Below, piece after piece: positions 58,915-64,000 of a stretch of 64,000 nucleotides of DNA (position 1 is its first letter; every line of letters begins with the position of its first letter). The notes under the pieces were generated by a model, which was not told where the DNA came from, did not search any database, and was given only the letters and a program-made list of their open reading frames with translations. The DNA is from Thermodesulfobacteriota bacterium (GTDB lineage Bacteria; Desulfobacterota; Desulfobacteria; Desulfobacterales; SURF-7), in contig JBMORA010000031.1 in the NCBI GenBank assembly GCA_049320885.1, positions 32,001 through 96,000 of the forward strand. Reading direction: 5' to 3'. The translations under genes and the position numbers were made by a program.

Positions 58915-60692
58915 TGCAGAACATGAAACCCAGTCGATCCCCTGACAGACAACCGCCGATTCAGGAACCCCTGCTGATTTCCAGATCCCATATGACCTCG
59001 GAAAGCAACAAAACCGGGTCATGGCGCTACCTGATGCCGCGGTATCACGACAAAACAGCGCCCTGCAGCGTCGCCTGCCCCGCCGGGGAAGACATCGGCC
59101 GCATCGAGATGCTGAACACCCAGGGGTTTTTCAAGGAAGCCTGGGAGACGATTCTGCTGGAGAATCCGTTTCCGGCGGTTTGCGGCCGCATCTGCTTCCA
59201 CCCCTGTGAATCGGTCTGCAACCGTAAACGGTTCGATGAGGCCGTCTCCATCCGATCCCTGGAGCGGTTTGTCGCCGATACGGCCCAGCGCTACAAACTG
59301 GAGGCCTCCCTCCAGCCCGCCGCCCGCCGCGGCGAGAAGATCGCCGTGGTGGGAGCCGGTCCGGCCGGACTGGCGGCGGCCCATTTCCTGACCCTGCTGG
59401 GATATGCCTGCGATGTCTTCGAGGCCTTGCCGGAACCCGGAGGAATCCTTCGTTGGGGCCTCCCGCGTTACCGGCTGCCCCTGGAAGCGCTGGCGCCGGA
59501 AATCGAACGCATCCGACAGGCGGGCGTCTCCTTCTTCTGCGGCCAACCCGTCCGGAAGGACTTTTTCCGGACCGCCGCCGAATCCTACGCCGCCATTTTC
59601 ATGACCTGTGGCCTGGGCCGCATGCCGCGTCTGGGCATCCCCGGGGAGGAATCGGCGGGCGTCGGCGACGGATTCGCTTTTCTGCGCGCCATTGTCCAGG
59701 ACGATCCTCCGGTCCTTTCCGGCCTGACGGCCGTCATCGGCGGAGGCAATACGGCCGTGGATGTGGCCCGTTGCGCCAGACGTCTCGGCGCCCCGGCCGT
59801 CATCCTGTATCGGCGCAGACGTCAGGACATGCCGGCCTTCGGGGAAGAAATCGAGATGGCGCTTTCCGAAGGCGTGGAATTGATGGAGCTCTGTGTTCCC
59901 GTCAACATCCAGCCGGTGGAAGGCGGCCTGGGCATCACCCTGCAGCAGATGAAACCGTCGACCCCGGACGCGGACGGACGAACCCGGTCGGTTCCGGACG
60001 GGAAACGAGTGCACACCATCACCGCGGCCCATGTATTCAAAGCCATCGGCTTCGAGGCCGGGGAACCCTGGCATCTCCCGCCCCCGGAAAAAGAAAACCG
60101 GCTGAGACTCCGCCATTCCGTGCTGACCATGTTGCCGGACGCCATCCCGGTGGTGTACTGCGGCGACCCGGTCACTGACATCCAAAGCGTGGTGCATGCC
60201 GTGGCCTCGGCCAAGGAGGGGGCCATGGCTTTGGATGTTCTGTTCCGCAAGGGCTTCCGGTCGATTCCCGAAGAACTTTCTTCCGCCGCCGCCGGCCAGG
60301 ACGGCGCGCTCTCCATGGAATGCCACCTGAAAGGTCTGCGTTCCTCCCGCAGTCCCCATGTGGTCGCCTATGAGGAAATCAACATCGATTATTTCGAATA
60401 TGCGCCGCGACTGGTCCAGCCGAGATTGCTGCAGTCCGAACGACTGGAGTCCTTCGCTGAAATCGATTTGAAAATTTCCGCCAGCATGGCCATCCGCGAA
60501 GCGGAGCGCTGCTTCAACTGCGGACTCTGCAACCAGTGCGACAACTGCCGGATCTTCTGTCCGGACCTCGCGGTGAAACTCGATGATTCCCTCCGGGGAC
60601 GCGGGATCGATTACGACTATTGCAAGGGCTGCGGCATCTGCGTTGTGGAATGTCCGCGCAACGCCATGGTGCTCGAGGAGGAAAAGGAATAA
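58911..60692 (+). CDS. GltD-like FAD/NAD(P) oxidoreductase fused with PorD-like 2x[4Fe-4S] domain
   Basis: KTGSWR, CSVACP, CGRICFHPCE, GAGPAG, GGGNTAVD, YRR, CFNCGLCNQCDNCRIFCP, DYDYCKGCGICVVECP. Confidence 0.9.
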   Translation: MMQNMKPSRSPDRQPPIQEPLLISRSHMTSESNKTGSWRYLMPRYHDKTAPCSVACPAGEDIGRIEMLNTQGFFKEAWETILLENPFPAVCGRICFHPCESVCNRKRFDEAVSIRSLERFVADTAQRYKLEASLQPAARRGEKIAVVGAGPAGLAAAHFLTLLGYACDVFEALPEPGGILRWGLPRYRLPLEALAPEIERIRQAGVSFFCGQPVRKDFFRTAAESYAAIFMTCGLGRMPRLGIPGEESAGVGDGFAFLRAIVQDDPPVLSGLTAVIGGGNTAVDVARCARRLGAPAVILYRRRRQDMPAFGEEIEMALSEGVELMELCVPVNIQPVEGGLGITLQQMKPSTPDADGRTRSVPDGKRVHTITAAHVFKAIGFEAGEPWHLPPPEKENRLRLRHSVLTMLPDAIPVVYCGDPVTDIQSVVHAVASAKEGAMALDVLFRKGFRSIPEELSSAAAGQDGALSMECHLKGLRSSRSPHVVAYEEINIDYFEYAPRLVQPRLLQSERLESFAEIDLKISASMAIREAERCFNCGLCNQCDNCRIFCPDLAVKLDDSLRGRGIDYDYCKGCGICVVECPRNAMVLEEEKE

Positions 60693-61849
60693 TGAAACAA
60701 GTGCTCGAAGGCAGCCATGCCGTGGCGGAAGCGGTCCGACTGGCGAAGGTGCAGGTTATCTCCGCCTATCCCATCACTCCCCAGACCCACATCGTGGAAC
60801 GTCTCTCCGATTACTGCGCCTCGGGCGCCATTCAGGCCCGCTTCCTGCGGGTGGAAAGCGAACACTCCGCCCTGGCGGTGATGATCGGTGCCGCCAGCAC
60901 CGGCATGCGCACCTTCACGGCCACCTCCTCCCAGGGGCTGGCCCTGATGCATGAACTCCTCCACTGGGCCTCGGGCGCCCGCCTGCCCATTGTCATGGCG
61001 GAAGTCAACCGCGCCCTGGCGCCGGGATGGAACATCTGGACGGATCAGACCGACAGCCTTTCCCAGCGGGACACCGGCTGGATCCAGCTGTACTGTGAAA
61101 CCGGCCAGGAGGTGCTGGACACCACCCTCCTGGCCTTCCGGATCGCCGAAGCCGTGGACCTGCCGGCCATGGTGGTATTGGACGCCTTCTTTCTCTCCCA
61201 CACCTATGAGCCGGTGGACATTCCCTCCCAGGAGGAAGCGGACAGGTTTTTGCCCGCCTTCTGCCCTCGCATTCAGCTGGATCCGGACAATCCCTGCGCC
61301 CTCAACCAGCTCTCGCCCCCTGGGGTCTACATGGAAATGCGCCACCAGATCCACCAGGCCATGGAAAAAACCCTGGCGGAATTCGCCTCCATGGAGAAGG
61401 AGTTCCAGCAGGTTTTCGGCCGCGGGTACGGCATGGTGGAGGCTGTTCACTGCGAGGACGCGGAAACCATCCTGGTGGTTTCCGGCACCATCACCAGCAC
61501 GTCGCGGCAGTTCGTCCGCAACCTGCGGGCCGAGGGAGAAAAAATCGGGTTGCTCAAGATCAAGCTGTTTCGGCCGTTTCCGGTGGAGTTGGTCCGCCGG
61601 TATCTGAAAAAGGCCCGCAAGGTCGCCGTCATCGACCGCAATTGCTCCTTTGGCGCCGGCGGAATATTCGCCCAGGAAGTCCGGGCGGCTCTCTGCCGCC
61701 TGTCCCGCCGGCCCCACGTCTTCGGCTTTATCGCCGGGCTCGGCGGCCGCGATGTGACCATCGAAACCCTGGCGGATATCCATGGGTATCTCCGGAACCA
61801 TGACCGGCCGGATGCGGAAAGCATCTGGATCGGACTGAAAGAGGTGTAA
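60692..61849 (+). CDS. porA: 2-oxoacid:ferredoxin oxidoreductase alpha subunit
   Basis: AYPITPQTHIVE, ESEHSA, TATSSQGL, FRPFP, GLGGRD. Confidence 0.93.
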   Translation: MKQVLEGSHAVAEAVRLAKVQVISAYPITPQTHIVERLSDYCASGAIQARFLRVESEHSALAVMIGAASTGMRTFTATSSQGLALMHELLHWASGARLPIVMAEVNRALAPGWNIWTDQTDSLSQRDTGWIQLYCETGQEVLDTTLLAFRIAEAVDLPAMVVLDAFFLSHTYEPVDIPSQEEADRFLPAFCPRIQLDPDNPCALNQLSPPGVYMEMRHQIHQAMEKTLAEFASMEKEFQQVFGRGYGMVEAVHCEDAETILVVSGTITSTSRQFVRNLRAEGEKIGLLKIKLFRPFPVELVRRYLKKARKVAVIDRNCSFGAGGIFAQEVRAALCRLSRRPHVFGFIAGLGGRDVTIETLADIHGYLRNHDRPDAESIWIGLKEV

Positions 61850-61850
61850 C

Positions 61851-62735
61851 GTGCGGGAACAAGCGCCTGATACGGATCACATGTATTCCGGCCATGTCGG
61901 CTGCGCCGGATGCGGCGCCGCCATCGCCATGCGTTTTTTTCTCAAGGCCCTGGGCGACCGGGCCATCATGGTGATGCCGGCCTGCTGCTGGTCCATCATC
62001 GCCGGCCCGTATCCCATGTCGGCATTGCAAATCCCCCTGATCCACACGGCCTTCGAAACCGGCGGCGCGGTGGCCAGCGGGGTGCGCGCGGCCCTGGACA
62101 TGAAGGGCGATACGGAAACCACCGTGGTCACCTGGGCCGGCGACGGCGGCACCTTCGACATCGGCTTTCAGGCCCTCAGCGGCGCCGTGGAACGCAACGA
62201 AAACTTCATCTATGTCTGTTATGACAATGAAGCCTACATGAACACCGGCGTCCAGGGAAGCTCCTCGACCCCTTATGGCGCCTGGACCACCACCACTCCG
62301 GGACGGGAATGGAAGAAAATGAGGAAAAAGAACATCGTGGAAGCCCTGGTGGCCCATCGGATTCCCTATGCCGCCACCGCCAGCATCGCCTATCCCGAGG
62401 ATTTGATGCGCAAAGTTAAAAAGGCAAAGGAACTCAACGGTTCCCGTTTTCTCCATATTTTTTCGAGCTGCCCCACCGGCTGGCGCCTGCCCTCTGAAAT
62501 GTCTGTCAAAATCGCCCGGATGGCGGTCCAGACCAATATTTTTCCGTTGTACGAGGTGGAAAACGGGACCAAATACACCATCAACCTGACGCCCAAGGGC
62601 TATCTCGTCCGGGAATATTTCAAACTCCAGGGCCGTTTCCGGCATCTGACCGACAACGATCTGACGGCGATCCAGGAAATGGTCAATGAGGACTGGAAAC
62701 TGCTGCTGCGCAAGGCCGGGATTTCTCCACCCTAG
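61851..62735 (+). CDS. porB: 2-oxoacid:ferredoxin oxidoreductase beta subunit (TPP-binding)
   Basis: CAGCG, GDGGTFDIG, DNEAYMNTG, CPTGW, QGRFRHL. Confidence 0.93.
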   Translation: MREQAPDTDHMYSGHVGCAGCGAAIAMRFFLKALGDRAIMVMPACCWSIIAGPYPMSALQIPLIHTAFETGGAVASGVRAALDMKGDTETTVVTWAGDGGTFDIGFQALSGAVERNENFIYVCYDNEAYMNTGVQGSSSTPYGAWTTTTPGREWKKMRKKNIVEALVAHRIPYAATASIAYPEDLMRKVKKAKELNGSRFLHIFSSCPTGWRLPSEMSVKIARMAVQTNIFPLYEVENGTKYTINLTPKGYLVREYFKLQGRFRHLTDNDLTAIQEMVNEDWKLLLRKAGISPP

Positions 62736-62901
62736 GGTTGATCCCTGGACAGGCATCTTTCTCCAGCAAGCCCCCTGGAATAAATAGGATTTACCTGCCG
62801 ATATCTCCCATTTGGCTTCCTGGTGCACCGACGAGGCGATTCCCTATCTCATTGGGTGAAACGCCACGGTTCGGATGGATGGAGGCAACCGACCCAGAAC
62901 G

Positions 62902-62943
62902 AAAAAACGGGATTGTTTCCATATTGACTCCAGTCCCATTTTT
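62902..62943. terminator. Imperfect hairpin flanked by A/T runs, possible terminator
   Basis: AAAAACGGGATTG ... CAGTCCCATTTTT between porB and trkH. Confidence 0.3.
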
Positions 62944-63058
62944 CCTGTAGATTTCATTCTGTTTTGTTTTTCATCGACCACGGGAGGTCCGGATTGTTCC
63001 AGGCCGATCCCGGATATGATGATATGTACGCGATCCGACAGTCCAGAGGAACAGCATC

Positions 63059-64000
63059 TTGCTTCCATTCCGCACATGGTATCATGAAAAATACCGGCAT
63101 CTATGGCGCCGTTTTTTTCAATCCCCCGCCCGGGTTTCCATCCTGGGCTTCATGGTGCTGATTCTGCTGGGCAGCCTTCTGCTCATGCTGCCCCACTCCT
63201 CCACCGCCGCGCCGCTTTCCTTCATCGACGCCCTGTTCACCGCCACATCGGCGGCCTGCGTCACCGGCCTGTCGGTGATGGATATCGGCCGGGAACTGAC
63301 CCTGTTCGGTCAACTGACCGTCCTGGGGCTGATCCAGGTCGGCGGACTGGGCATCATGACCATTTCAACCCTGTTCATGCTCATTGCCGGAAAACAACTC
63401 AGCCTGACGGAGCTGTCCATCATCCGGGATAGCTTCACCCAGAGCGGCGAACGCAACCTGAAATCCATTCTCCGGGATATCATCGTCTTCACCCTGGTGA
63501 TCGAAGCCGGCGGCGCCCTGATTCTGTTCCTGCGCTTCCTGCCGGGCCGGTCCGCTTCGGATGCGGCCTACTTGTCCGTGTTTCATGCCGTCAGCGCCTT
63601 CTGCAACGCCGGATTCTCCCTGTTTTCCGACAGTCTGACGGGGTATGCCGGGGACTTGATTGTCAACCTCGTCATCGTCTTTCTGATCGTCAGCGGCGGC
63701 ATCGGTTTTCTGGTGATGTCGGAGTTGAAACGGGGTTTTCCCTTGAACCATCGCAAATGGTCGCGCCTGAGCCTGCATTCCAAGCTGATGCTGTCCTCCA
63801 CCGGGCTGATTCTTCTCATCAGCACCCTCGTCATCGCCTCCATGGAGTGGCACAACACCCTGGCCGACCTGTCGGCCCCGGAACGGATCCTGGCCGCTTT
63901 TTTCCAGGCCGCGACCACCCGGACAGCCGGATTCAACACCATTCCCATCGGCGACATGACCAGTGAAACCCTCTTTTTCATGATCCTGCTCATGTTTATC
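63059..64000 (+). CDS. trkH: TrkH/KtrB family potassium uptake membrane protein; runs off the right edge
   Basis: Hand translation: SPARVSILGF...LLMLP, DALFTATSAACVTGL, LIQVGGLGIMT, FHAVSAFCNAGFSL, TRTAGFNT; probable TTG start at 63059 after AGAGGA; absent from ORF track. Confidence 0.9.
   Translation, partial: MLPFRTWYHEKYRHLWRRFFQSPARVSILGFMVLILLGSLLLMLPHSSTAAPLSFIDALFTATSAACVTGLSVMDIGRELTLFGQLTVLGLIQVGGLGIMTISTLFMLIAGKQLSLTELSIIRDSFTQSGERNLKSILRDIIVFTLVIEAGGALILFLRFLPGRSASDAAYLSVFHAVSAFCNAGFSLFSDSLTGYAGDLIVNLVIVFLIVSGGIGFLVMSELKRGFPLNHRKWSRLSLHSKLMLSSTGLILLISTLVIASMEWHNTLADLSAPERILAAFFQAATTRTAGFNTIPIGDMTSETLFFMILLMFI

Noticed and set aside
62740..63058. c-di-AMP riboswitch or transposase remnant upstream of trkH
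   Set aside because: No recognisable consensus or coding similarity by eye.
1..64000. CRISPR array, rRNA, IS element, prophage or intact defence system
   Set aside because: No repeat-spacer array, rRNA-like sequence, transposase, integrase or phage gene recognised.

Overview
A 64-kb window of a GC-rich bacterial chromosome. Gene content (tungsten AOR, 2-oxoacid:ferredoxin oxidoreductase, HypB, GAF-PilB) suggests an anaerobic deltaproteobacterium (Desulfobacterota-like); this is inference. About 50 CDS and one tRNA-Leu(TAA) are supportable. All family calls are motif recognition by eye, not database hits. Two loci stand out. (1) At the left edge, a cellulose-type secretion locus: a signal-peptide-bearing GH8 endoglucanase is fused in one polypeptide to a BcsA-type GT2 synthase with tandem PilZ motifs. 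It is followed by a TPR/putative beta-barrel gene that the ORF track misses. (2) A visibly lower-GC ~16.5-kb block between a RelE/ParE toxin remnant and the 3' end of tRNA-Leu. It encodes amino-deoxysugar tailoring enzymes, two polyprenol-phosphate GT2s, a GtrA flippase and four TMTC-like GT-C/TPR transferases, one carrying an intragenic heptamer tandem repeat. This is a candidate bacterial TMTC-type protein glycosylation system. Other oddities include a KDSR-like SDR, an internal ubiquitin-like domain next to aor, a TetR-SCP2-atypical M24 operon, and a PorD split by a GltD-like flavoprotein.
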